Shown here: piece after piece, positions 1-9,131 of the stretch
How the letters are laid out: each line of letters opens with the position of its first letter
Position numbering within the stretch: position 1 is the first letter of the stretch
DNA from: an uncultured delta proteobacterium
GTDB lineage: Bacteria > Desulfobacterota > Desulfobacteria > Desulfobacterales > JAHEIW01
NCBI GenBank assembly: GCA_963706575.1
Contig: CAVPNL010000004.1
Coordinates: 32,001 to 96,000, forward strand
Reading direction: 5' to 3'
DNA length: 64,000 nucleotides
Program-made: the position numbers and the translations under genes
Notes under the pieces: generated by a model
What the model was told of the DNA's origin: nothing
The model's database searches: none
What the model saw: only the letters and a program-made list of their open reading frames with translations

Positions 1-45
1 AGCTTTTTATTTTAGATTTTGGATTGCGGATTGCGGATTTTATAT

Positions 46-1395
46 CTAATCAGTGTTTTTAAGTTTCTGGCAGCCGGTGCGGTCTGAAATGATATCTTTC
101 AGCTTTTTTCCCAGAACGGAATAGGAATAGTATTTTCGGGCGGTTTCATAATTATGGGTGACCATTTTTTTTCTCAGTTCGGGGTCGGTTAAAACTTTTT
201 TGGTTTTGCGAACCGCTTCATCGGTGACATATCCGTCGATTTCGATGACCGAAAAGCCTTTGGGTTTGATGTCGATGGTGTATATGGAATACGTATTGAC
301 GACAATCGGGCGGCAGAAGTACATGGCTTCAAGAAAAGCATTGCCAAATCCCTCAAAATTCGAAGGATACGTTATCAGATCCGCATGCGGATAGATATCT
401 TCCAGGGTATAAACCTTGCGCCCGTTCTTGGTTTTGCCCCTTTGCTCATTGATGATATTTGACACAAAATACGTATCGACTTTCAACAACTTGGAATATT
501 CCCTCACCCGGCGCTCATAGTCATAGCCTTCGTCTCCGGACGCATGGGAGATGACGAGCTTGGCTTTCATCCCCAAACGATGAACCAGCTCAATTGCATG
601 CTCGATCCCTTTACGCTTGACCACTCGCGTGGGTTGCAGAATTAGCAATTCATCATCGGCAACCCCCAGCGCGTGGCGCACATCCGCCGCATATTCATCG
701 CTCGACGATGGTTTTTCACCTGAATCCAATGCGCAGGACTCAAAATTTCCCGTCACCGGAGGCGGATTATCAAAATCCATAACATTGGGTATTATTGTTG
801 CTGAAATACCGGTCCGCAGGCTCAATTGATTGTCGGCGGATGAATTGATGACCACGTGCGAAATCGCCGGCAGATGCGGCGGAAACGCCATATTCAGATA
901 TTCCCAGCAGGCATTGATCATGAAATGCTGTCTTTCCCAGAAAAAATCATGATGGTGCGCAATGGTGGGCATGCCCGTCTCAGAAATCACTTCGGTAAGC
1001 GCAATACCCAATGGAATATTTAAAGGTATGGTCAACGCATTTTCGGACACCAAGAGATCAAGGTCAAACTTGTCTATAAACTTGTAAAGGTGATCCTTTA
1101 ATTTCTGCTTTACCTCATAGATTTTACGGGTCACAAAGCGGGCGCGCACGCTGGCACCAAAACAGTTCCGATATATATCCTTCACATCCGGATGCTGAAA
1201 ATGGGCTTCCTTGGCCGGATAGGAATTCTCGGTGGGCCGATCAAGCTCACCGGCAAAGTAAAAACAGGTGAACCCGACCTTCTCAAAGACATTTGCCCAT
1301 TTGGCTGTCTCTAACGATACGCCGTCAGTCCCGGCAAAACGTGTGGAGATGAATCCAACATTATGATGCTTCCCGCAGGATGAACAATAGGACAT
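46..1395 (-). CDS. Glycosyltransferase family 4 (GT-B), similar to mannosylglucosylglycerate-synthase-type enzymes
   Basis: Motifs DGVSLETAKW, HHHDFFWER, QPTRVVKRKGIEHA and EGFGNAFLEA (GT4 ExFGxxxxEA). Start moved to ATG 1395 to avoid overlap with tag. Confidence 0.85.
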   Translation of the reverse strand: MSYCSSCGKHHNVGFISTRFAGTDGVSLETAKWANVFEKVGFTCFYFAGELDRPTENSYPAKEAHFQHPDVKDIYRNCFGASVRARFVTRKIYEVKQKLKDHLYKFIDKFDLDLLVSENALTIPLNIPLGIALTEVISETGMPTIAHHHDFFWERQHFMINACWEYLNMAFPPHLPAISHVVINSSADNQLSLRTGISATIIPNVMDFDNPPPVTGNFESCALDSGEKPSSSDEYAADVRHALGVADDELLILQPTRVVKRKGIEHAIELVHRLGMKAKLVISHASGDEGYDYERRVREYSKLLKVDTYFVSNIINEQRGKTKNGRKVYTLEDIYPHADLITYPSNFEGFGNAFLEAMYFCRPIVVNTYSIYTIDIKPKGFSVIEIDGYVTDEAVRKTKKVLTDPELRKKMVTHNYETARKYYSYSVLGKKLKDIISDRTGCQKLKNTD

Positions 1396-1420
1396 ATTTA
1401 ATACCTTTGTATTTGTTTGT

Positions 1421-1981
1421 CTAGACCTGATGGTATCGAAAACAGTCCACCACATGATCATTTACCATGCCGGCTGCCTGCATAAAGGCATAACAGATAG
1501 TCGGTCCCACGAACTTGAAACCTCTTTTTTTAAGATCTTTGCTCATCGCCGCTGAGACGTTTGTCTGAGCGGGTATTTCCGCCATCGTTTTCCAGGCATT
1601 CTTGATGGTTTTACCGCCGGCAAATCGCCAGATGTAATCATTAAAACTTCCAAATTCTTTTTGTACGACCAGAAAAGCCCTCGCATTTTTAACGGCAGAT
1701 TCAATTTTAAGCTTATTTCTGACAATGCCTTTATCCGAAAGCAACTCCTTTACCTTACGCAAATTGTAGTCCGCTATTTTTCCAGGGTCAAAATGATCAA
1801 ACGCTTTGCGGTAGTTGGGCCGTTTTTTTAAAATCGTAATCCAACTCAATCCGGCCTGAAAGCCATCCAGCACAAGAAACTCAAACAGTTTGCGGTCATC
1901 ATGCAGGGGAACGCCCCATTCGGTATCGTGGTATTTTATGTATATCGGATCGGTCCCGGCCCATGTGCATCTTATTTTCAT
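1421..1981 (-). CDS. tag: DNA-3-methyladenine glycosylase I
   Basis: RCTWA, YHDTEWG, FQAGLSW, GFKFVGPTICYAFMQAAGMVNDHVVDC. Confidence 0.97.
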   Translation of the reverse strand: MKIRCTWAGTDPIYIKYHDTEWGVPLHDDRKLFEFLVLDGFQAGLSWITILKKRPNYRKAFDHFDPGKIADYNLRKVKELLSDKGIVRNKLKIESAVKNARAFLVVQKEFGSFNDYIWRFAGGKTIKNAWKTMAEIPAQTNVSAAMSKDLKKRGFKFVGPTICYAFMQAAGMVNDHVVDCFRYHQV

Positions 1982-2093
1982 AAGGTCAAATTCTTACCGG
2001 AAGGTGGTGGCTAGAAGTGGTTTCAAAACCCCATCCGAGCCCAATGGTCCGCCGAAGGCGGATTGACATGATTTTGGGAACCCAAGAACACGG

Positions 2094-2570
2094 TCAACTG
2101 AAAAGATAGAAACCCAGTGCCTTATCAACGGTTTCAAAAGGCGCAAATTCAGCGCCGATAAACTGATCACGCTGATTTTTTATGATGACTGTTTTTTTGA
2201 TCAATGTTCGCTGCGCATCGTCTAAATGGAACTCAATTTGCATCTGATCTCCGATCATAAAGTTCTGTTTTACATTCAAATGAAGTTTTACGCCGGACGT
2301 AGACAGATCTTTAATCGTCATTAGACCCCGGCTCTGGGGTTGGCCCTCAATGAAATGGACATAAGTCCCGGGAAGGTTTGCCTCTTTACGATATTGCTTT
2401 CTTTTTTCCAAAACGGCTTTGTAAGCATTCCCGCAAGGGCATTTGACGCTTACCCTGACAATTTTATCAAGGGACGCATATTTGGAAACATCGACAGTTT
2501 TCGACCGGTTGCACTGTGGGCAGGTAAAGGTCGCCATCTGTTTGCTGGTTACATAAACTTTTGAAGTCAT
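2094..2570 (-). CDS. PilZ-domain protein with N-terminal Cys-pair (zinc-ribbon-like) region
   Basis: CPQC...CPCG, followed by the RxxxR (RKQYR) and DxSxxG (DLSTSG) c-di-GMP-binding motifs. Confidence 0.85.
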   Translation of the reverse strand: MTSKVYVTSKQMATFTCPQCNRSKTVDVSKYASLDKIVRVSVKCPCGNAYKAVLEKRKQYRKEANLPGTYVHFIEGQPQSRGLMTIKDLSTSGVKLHLNVKQNFMIGDQMQIEFHLDDAQRTLIKKTVIIKNQRDQFIGAEFAPFETVDKALGFYLFS

Positions 2571-2822
2571 ATGATTGAACCTGGATAACGCTCATTTTGG
2601 GTTTAGCTAGATTTTTATCATAGAATCCCGGTTTTTCAAAGTGATATTTGCGCCTTAGCCACGAAGCGGGAAACAATTGGATGCCGCGCAATCCCTGCAT
2701 CCGGAACAGCTGCAAAACTTTGTTTGAATAAATTGCAAATATTGAGGAACGGCAAACTGTGTAACAGCAGCTCTTTAGAATGAGTTCTTCTTGCGAAGCC
2801 AATAAAGATAGACTTTTATTTA

Positions 2823-2851
2823 TTGACTTTAGATCGCTTTTACTATAGACT
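2823..2851 (+). promoter_or_regulatory. Putative sigma70 promoter of the HU gene
   Basis: TTGACT-17 nt-TAGACT upstream of the AGGAGG RBS and ATG 2905. Confidence 0.5.
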
Positions 2852-2904
2852 TTTAGAAAAAAATGACCCAAAATAAATCTTACCATCTAAAGAAGGAGGC
2901 TTAA

Positions 2905-3177
2905 ATGACCAAAGCAGAATTAATCAGCAAAATGGCAAAAGACGCGAAGATTTCGAAAGTCGCCGCAGGCAACGTTCTTGATTCTTTCGTGAGCAATGTT
3001 ACCAAAGCGTTGAAGAAAAAGAGCGGAAAAGTCACTCTGGTGGGTTTTGGAACCTTTAAGAAAGCGCGCCAGAACGCTCGTAAAGGCCGCAATCCCCAGA
3101 CCGGTGCCCCAATTAAAATCAAGGCAAAAAATGTTGTTAAATTTAAAGCCGGCAAGGGATTGAAAGCTGCCATCTAA
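2905..3177 (+). CDS. hup: DNA-binding protein HU (paralog 1)
   Basis: MTKAELI...VTLVGFGTF...RKGRNPQTG signature; AGGAGG RBS. Confidence 0.97.
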   Translation: MTKAELISKMAKDAKISKVAAGNVLDSFVSNVTKALKKKSGKVTLVGFGTFKKARQNARKGRNPQTGAPIKIKAKNVVKFKAGKGLKAAI

Positions 3178-3191
3178 CACAATTTGTGATC

Positions 3192-3240
3192 AAAAAAGGC
3201 AGTTTATCGGTAACAGTGATGCTGATAAACTGCCTTTTTT
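3192..3240 (+). terminator. Rho-independent (possibly bidirectional) terminator
   Basis: AAAAAAGGCAGTTTATC...GATAAACTGCCTTTTTT inverted repeat directly after hup. Confidence 0.85.
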
Positions 3241-3418
3241 ATTGGTCGCGGCCAAAACGCATTTGCTTTCCTTGCATATGCAAGCGATGGCGGAAATGCT
3301 GTTATTTCTTTTTGGCCCGCACGGGGTGATTTCTCTTTGGTCGCCATAATTTTTTCTAGAACCCATCTCAAAATTGGTTTTGATAAAAACGGCAACTGGA
3401 AATTGGAGGGCATCAAAA

Positions 3419-3733
3419 GTGGGCACCGAGCATCCGCAAAATCAGGAAGGCCTTCTTGAAGAGATTAAAGAAAAAATTACTGAACCCCCGATGTATAAGG
3501 TGCTGCTTCACAATGATGATTATACGACAAAGGCCTTTGTCGTCGAAATCATGACGGCCGTTTTCAACAAATCCATTGAAGATGCCACGCGTCTCATGTG
3601 GCAGATACATCGAAATGGCCTCGGCGTGTGCGGAATTTATCCATACGAATTGGCCGAAACGAAAATAAATATCGTGACAAAAGCCGCCCGCGAAAATGGT
3701 TTCCCGCTCAAAGCAACGATGGAAAAAGAATAG
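3419..3733 (+). CDS. clpS: ATP-dependent Clp protease adaptor ClpS
   Basis: PPMYKVLLHNDDYTT...FVV...IH..G.GVCGIY..E.AETK...FPLKATME; GGAGG RBS before GTG 3419. Confidence 0.93.
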   Translation: MGTEHPQNQEGLLEEIKEKITEPPMYKVLLHNDDYTTKAFVVEIMTAVFNKSIEDATRLMWQIHRNGLGVCGIYPYELAETKINIVTKAARENGFPLKATMEKE

Positions 3734-3792
3734 AACCCATCTCAAAAATGTTGTCGAAAATGTTGTTAAGTCCTGAGGCGTTCTACCCATCC

Positions 3793-3857
3793 GTCATTCC
3801 CGCGCAGGCGGGAATCCAGGCGTCTTTGAGCTGGACTCCCGCCTGCGCAGGAGTGAC
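3793..3857. repeat. Paired REP-like palindromes with ATTCCC-N8-GGGAAT core
   Basis: GTCATTCCCGCGCAGGCGGGAATCCAG...CTGGACTCCCGCCTGCGCAGGAGTGAC; related copy at 24777-24832. Confidence 0.8.
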
Positions 3858-3909
3858 AATCATTTTGTAAATTATTTGCGGGACACGACACTAGCGAAAG
3901 GACCCCCAT

Positions 3910-4173
3910 ATGACGACATTAAATGAAGGTGACATTCTGACAAAGACTGTCAGATATAATCTTATTCGCAACGAAAGATTAATTTATATTGATGTACACG
4001 AAACAAAGGCTGGAAAGCTGGCTGGAAAATTTGTGGCCGTGCCCAATCTGATAAATATCGTTGCCAGGCAGGAATTCCAGGGCATCGGTGATACGGAGAC
4101 CGCAGCGCTGGAAAACTGCTTGCAGAAAATAAAGGATTTTGAAATCGAAGACCTTTTCCCCAAAAATGAATGA
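3910..4173 (+). CDS. Hypothetical protein, 87 aa
   Basis: ATG with AAGGA upstream, plausible composition, fills the gap and converges on rseC. Confidence 0.7.
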   Translation: MTTLNEGDILTKTVRYNLIRNERLIYIDVHETKAGKLAGKFVAVPNLINIVARQEFQGIGDTETAALENCLQKIKDFEIEDLFPKNE

Positions 4174-4605
4174 TTAAGTTATTATTTTGGTAATCTTGGG
4201 CTGGTAGGCATTCTTTTTGGCCATTTTATTGGCACGGGCTTTGATGATAAACAACGCGGAGAAAAAAAAGGCAAATCCCAAAAGGACGGACAACGCAGAG
4301 GGACTAAATGCTATGAAGGGGGCCAGCACCTGTCCGAGTACAGCGCCAGCGATCATCAGGATAATTGGAAATACGTAGATCAAAAAGGTGGCTTTTAACA
4401 GTGAGGCGGTCTCAAAGCTCAAAACGATCCGATCCCCGACGCCGGCACCGGCTGAATTTATGGCCTTAACCTCCATATCCTGGCCGCCTCCTGTGGTGTG
4501 ACACGACCCCCTTGCGGTGCAGCCTTCACATGCGCTGCTCCGAACCGTTTTTACCCAGGCGGTCTCAAAATCGGTTCGCAGAACGACCCCTTGTTCAGTA
4601 GCCAA
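4174..4605 (-). CDS. rseC: SoxR-reducing system RseC / RnfF-like membrane protein
   Basis: N-terminal EQGVV, SACEGC...GSC motif, AGVGDRIV, two C-terminal hydrophobic helices; TTG start at 4605. Confidence 0.85.
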   Translation of the reverse strand: MATEQGVVLRTDFETAWVKTVRSSACEGCTARGSCHTTGGGQDMEVKAINSAGAGVGDRIVLSFETASLLKATFLIYVFPIILMIAGAVLGQVLAPFIAFSPSALSVLLGFAFFFSALFIIKARANKMAKKNAYQPKITKIIT

Positions 4606-4654
4606 TGGCAACCCCGTAAATGAATGGGTTCTTTTGTTTAGAAGCGGATGAAAG

Positions 4655-6763
4655 TTATCCGGAGGCTTCAGTCGATTCTTCCTTCTCATCAGACACTGCG
4701 GTTGCGGTGTGCTCATAGCAGATCAAGCCGCATTGCAGGCACCTTGAGGCTTCTTGCTGCGCCATATCTGCTGAGAAGCCCCTTTCGATCTCACCGCATA
4801 TCGCCAGCTCTTTGCCGCTGCAAATCGGCATGATCTGTCGCTGACTCGCTTGAACCTTTTCCACATGATAGACATTTTGCAGGACCGATTGCGGTGTGAT
4901 CACATGCTCCGCCAAATTAGGCGACAGCCCATGCATCACCTGATGAATAGATGCGGCGGCCCTTCGGCCGGCACCGATTGCTTTGATGGCTGCGCTGTAA
5001 TCCGCCAGCACATCGCCTTCGGCAAACAATCCCCGCTCATCTTTGAAGGCCGTTTGTTTATAGGGTTGAATACCTTCCCAGCGCAGAGACAAATCCGGTG
5101 GTGTTTCCACTTCCGCCCCCTGGTCTTCTTCAGAACCAGCACCTTCCGGTTTTGGCCTGATAAAAACCAATTCTGGAAATCGGCCGGTGGCAAACACCAG
5201 TGTCTGGACAGGAAGGACTGTCCTTTCATCGGTATCGGTTTCAATATATTCCACCTGCTCGAGCCGATCGGCCTCTCCGAAAAGGCGGTTTATGGCTGCA
5301 TTATAAATCACATTCACGCCGGCCAGACCGCGTTTCTGCACCTCATCATCCGAAACAGGACTGTTTTCCCAGCTCTGGCGAAACAAAACAGTAATCGTCT
5401 TGGCTCCCCGCTCTTTGAGAATTTCAGCCGCGTCAAGGGCCAGCTTGCCCCCGCCGGCAATCACAGCATCGGACTCAATCGATAGGGTCTTCGCCTGCCG
5501 GGTACCGAATCGAATGAGATCCACCAGCATATAGGTCCCCGGAATCGGTGATTCAATATCAGCTTTCGCCCCGCGTGCCAAACGGCTGTCCCAGCCTCCG
5601 GAAGCTAAAAAAACCGCATCAAATCCTTCCTGAATCAATGATTTTATGGAAAACTCCCTGCCGAGCGCCTTTTGAGTTTCGATTTTAACCCCCATTTCAA
5701 TGATACCTTCAATATCCCAATCCAGTATCTCCTCGGGCAGCCTATCCTTTGAAATGGCGCTCCGGAGCAATCCACCCAGCTTGGAGGTGGCTTCAAATAC
5801 GGTGGTAGCGTGTCCCAGGCGGGCTGCAAAAAAGGCGGTCGACAAACCTTGCACGCCGCCGCCGACAACTGCGATCCTGCGGTCGGTATCCGGAGCCTTA
5901 TAGGGTAGAATGCGGTTGCCGCTTTCTTTTTCGTAATCAGCGGCGTAGCGTTTTAAAAAATTTATGGCAACCGGCTCATCAATATAATTTCGTCGGCACT
6001 CCAGTTCACAGGGTCGCGGGCAAATCCGGCCGATCACCGCCGGGAAGGGATTGCGTTCCTTGATGACCTGAACGGCGCGATGATTGTTTCCCAGTGAAAT
6101 TTGACGAATGTATTCCCGAATATTAATCCCGGCCGGGCACCCCCGCTGACAGGGGGTCGTGCATTCTTCATTGGTGTACTCCCGGATAATTCTTCGGGTA
6201 ATCGATGACAGGTTGATAATGTGCTTCGGGCACACCCGTTCGCAGGTTCCGCAGCCGGTACATTTATTTTCGCTTACCACCGGCAAACCCTCGGGCCCCA
6301 TGGAAATCGCATCAAACGGACAGGCTTTGGCGCATGTTCCCAGACCCAGGCATCCGATGGTGCAGACTTTCATACCGCCACCCAGCAGCGCCACCGCCCG
6401 GCAGTCATCTAAACCATTATACACATACTTGGTATCCGCTTTGTGGACGCCAAAAAAACAGCCCGGCAAGGCGATGTCCGGTTCAACCGCTTCAATTTTA
6501 ACGCCCATGATGCCGGCAATGGCTTCGGCGACTTCCGACCCGGCGGCCACACATGAGTTGGCTGCCGAAAGACCGGCCACAACGGCTTCGGCATTGGCGC
6601 TGCAACCCGGCAGCCCGCAACCGCCTCAGTTGGCGCCCGGCAATTCTTCCTCAATAGCAATGATCTTAGGATCAACATATACGTAAAAAACTTTGGAGGC
6701 GATGGCCAAAATGATACTGATCGCCAATCCCATGCCGCCCATTAAAATAATTGCTTCAGTCAT
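4655..6763 (-). CDS. Membrane-anchored RnfB-like polyferredoxin fused to a GltD/NfnB-like FAD oxidoreductase; probable selenoprotein (in-frame TGA at 6626-6628), 702 aa if read through
   Basis: Frame from ATG 6763 reads MTEAIILMGGMGLAISIILAIASKVFYVYVDPKIIAIEEELPGAN*GGCGLPGC, matching RnfB LPGANCGGCGxPGC. It continues with CxxGCLGLGTC/CTGCGTC clusters, PCQRGCPAGINI...GRICPRPCE (Fer4_20), GGGVQGL FAD motif and EASRCLQCG. Confidence 0.88.
6596..6628 (-). promoter_or_regulatory. Putative bacterial SECIS element after the in-frame UGA
   Basis: UGA, then 11 nt, then stem GCUGC / loop CGGGUU / GCAGC. The loop starts 16 nt after UGA with G in its second position. Confidence 0.6.
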
Positions 6764-6823
6764 TAGAACCCCTTGGGAGAGTAAATTTAAAGTGAGCTAA
6801 AATGCTTATAGTTGATTTGTTTA

Positions 6824-6902
6824 TTCACCCCAGAGCACACAGAGAAAAAATTAACTTAGATTTTGTGCTCTAAAATTAAATCTCTGTGGTCTCTGTGGTA
6901 AA
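6824..6902. repeat. Short-period inverted repeat element (CACAGAG/CTCTGTG family)
   Basis: TTCACCCCAGAGCACACAGAG...CTCTGTGGTCTCTGTGGTAA; related copies at about 13763-13844, 18505-18579 and 19383-19477. Confidence 0.7.
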
Positions 6903-6912
6903 ACAAATCGAT

Positions 6913-8700
6913 TTAAAATATAGCGTCGAACTTACACTTATCAAAACAGGTCATGCATTTAATGCATTTTTCCTTATCAATAACGGCAATTTCTTTCTTT
7001 TTCCAGATGATGGCATCCACCGGGCAGCTTCGGAAGCAAAGCCCGCATTTGGTGCAGCTTTCCGGCTCAACTTCAAATTTTAACAGCTCGATGCACCGTT
7101 TGGCCGGACATCGTTTCTCATGGACATGCGCCTCATATTCATCCCTGAAATACCGTAAGGTTGAAAGAACCGGATTGGGCCCGGTCTGACCCAGGCCGCA
7201 AAGCGCTGCCTCTTTAATCGTGTCTGAAAGTTCGAAGAGCGTTTCAATATCTTCAGGTCTTCCCCGACCCTCACAGATTTTTTCCAGCAGTTCTAAAAGG
7301 CGCCGCGTCCCCTCCCGGCAGGGTGTGCATTTACCGCAGGATTCGTCCTGGACAAAATCCATAAAAAATCGGGCCATATCGACCATGCAGGTATTATCGT
7401 CCATAACGATTGCGCCGCCGGAACCCATAATGGCACCGACTTTGGCAATTTCCTCATAGTCAATGGGGATATCCAGATGTTCTTCGGGCACGCAACCGCC
7501 CGAAGGCCCACCAAGCTGAACTGCTTTAAACTTTCTCTTTCCCGGGACTCCCCCGCCGATATCATAAATCATCCTTCTCAGGGTGGTTCCCATCGGCACT
7601 TCAACCAACCCGATGTTGTTCACATCTCCGGAAAGCGCAAACACTTTAGTCCCTTTGCTGCTTTCGGTACCGATGCTGGCATACCATTCCCCGCCGTTCA
7701 TGATAATCTGCGCAATATTGGATAGGGTTTCGACATTATTTAAAATCGTCGGCTTTTCCCATAGCCCTTTATGGGCCGGAAACGGCGGCCGCGGCCGCGG
7801 CATGCCGCGTTTGCCCTCAATCGATCGCATCAAGGCGGTCTCTTCACCGCAAACGAACGCACCGGCACCCTGATAAATATCAATGTCGAAGTCGAAGCCG
7901 GTTCCCAGGATATCGGTTCCCAGCAATCCGTAATCGCGGGCCTGTTTGATGGCAATTCCCAATCTTCTGATGGCCAGCGGATATTCTGTTCGCGCGTAAA
8001 TGTACCCCTGATGGGCATTAATTGCACGCGCTGCAATCAGCATGCCTTCCAAAATAGCATGCGGGTCGGATTCCAGTAGGCTTCGATCCATGAAAGCACC
8101 CGGATCACCTTCATCCGCATTGCACAACACATACTTAACCTCACTGGGGCTTTTGCTGGCAAACTCCCATTTCAGCCCGGTGGGAAAGCCCGCCCCGCCG
8201 CGCCCCCTTAAACCCGATGTTTTTACCTCGCCGATAATCTGCTCCGGGCTCATCTCCTGCAAGGCTTTGGCGGCTCCGAAATAACCGTCTCTGGCGATGT
8301 ACTCATCGATGACCTCCGGATCGATGGCACCTTTATTGCGCATCGCCCAAAACATCTGATGCTTGAAAAACGGAATTTCGTTCATACCGGGAATGGTTTC
8401 TTCAGAGGCCGGTTCGACATAAAATAGTTTTTTTACCGGACGGCCTTTGAGAAAATGCTCTTCGACCAGGTGCGGAACGTGTTTAGCCTTCAGCTTTTGG
8501 TAAAAGATCCCTTCAGGCTGAACCAGCATAACCGGCCCGACCGCGCAAAAACCGTTACAGCCGGTCTCTACGATCTTAATTTCATCCGCAAGCCCCTGGC
8601 GCTCCAGCTCTTTTTGAAGTGCTTTCCGAAGATGACCACTCTCATATGCCTGACAGCCGGTACCGCCACACAACATCAACTGGGTTCTTACCTTATTCAT
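6913..8700 (-). CDS. NuoF/HydB-like NADH-binding flavoprotein subunit (bifurcating-type architecture)
   Basis: N-terminal 2Fe-2S thioredoxin-like domain (CGGTGC, GCNGFC), GRGGAGFPTG, NADEGDPGAFMD, GAGAFVCGEET, GGPSGGC, ESCGKCTPCREG, C-terminal 2x[4Fe-4S]. Confidence 0.95.
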   Translation of the reverse strand: MNKVRTQLMLCGGTGCQAYESGHLRKALQKELERQGLADEIKIVETGCNGFCAVGPVMLVQPEGIFYQKLKAKHVPHLVEEHFLKGRPVKKLFYVEPASEETIPGMNEIPFFKHQMFWAMRNKGAIDPEVIDEYIARDGYFGAAKALQEMSPEQIIGEVKTSGLRGRGGAGFPTGLKWEFASKSPSEVKYVLCNADEGDPGAFMDRSLLESDPHAILEGMLIAARAINAHQGYIYARTEYPLAIRRLGIAIKQARDYGLLGTDILGTGFDFDIDIYQGAGAFVCGEETALMRSIEGKRGMPRPRPPFPAHKGLWEKPTILNNVETLSNIAQIIMNGGEWYASIGTESSKGTKVFALSGDVNNIGLVEVPMGTTLRRMIYDIGGGVPGKRKFKAVQLGGPSGGCVPEEHLDIPIDYEEIAKVGAIMGSGGAIVMDDNTCMVDMARFFMDFVQDESCGKCTPCREGTRRLLELLEKICEGRGRPEDIETLFELSDTIKEAALCGLGQTGPNPVLSTLRYFRDEYEAHVHEKRCPAKRCIELLKFEVEPESCTKCGLCFRSCPVDAIIWKKKEIAVIDKEKCIKCMTCFDKCKFDAIF

Positions 8701-8760
8701 CTAGACTCCTGCATGTGATGATTGACTATTTTCGATTGTCGCTCTTTACCTTATTAGCAA

Positions 8761-9114
8761 TTACCATGAGCCGTCCAGCCCGCGAAGCCCATTGACATAA
8801 AGTCGGCCGCTGGCAACAAACAGGGAGTATGCAGTCAGCAGACAGGGCATCTGATAGGATTTGGCCAGTTCGAGGACGGGCGGATCGGGTCTTTTACCCC
8901 TGACAAAAACAACGGCCGTTACCTCGGCAAGTTTGGCAGTCCGCAAAACATGCTCGGTCGTCAGACCGGTGAGCAAGACTGCGTCTTTGGCGACAGCCGA
9001 TAAGACATCTGCCATCAAATCCGCCCCTCCGGCCCCCACGACAGCGCGATCCAGCTGATCTTCACCCGTCAAAATGGTGGCATCTAATATGTTTTGAATC
9101 TCATATAGCTTCAT
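8761..9114 (-). CDS. DRTGG-domain protein
   Basis: GADLMADVL, VLLTGLTT..VLRTA, VVFVRGKRP; clearly paralogous to 15895-16248. Confidence 0.88.
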   Translation of the reverse strand: MKLYEIQNILDATILTGEDQLDRAVVGAGGADLMADVLSAVAKDAVLLTGLTTEHVLRTAKLAEVTAVVFVRGKRPDPPVLELAKSYQMPCLLTAYSLFVASGRLYVNGLRGLDGSW

Positions 9115-9131
9115 GTTGAATAAGGCTCTCG

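Noticed and set aside
2901..3180. Minus-strand ORFs over the HU gene (also 61348-61680)
   Set aside because: Antisense shadows of hup with no family motifs.
4606..4716. N-terminal extension of the rseC ORF in the track
   Set aside because: It overlaps the upstream gene's 3' end; RseC similarity begins at TTG 4605.
4174..6763. A complete Rnf complex operon
   Set aside because: Only an RnfB-like domain and RseC are present; rnfA, C, D, E and G are not in the window.
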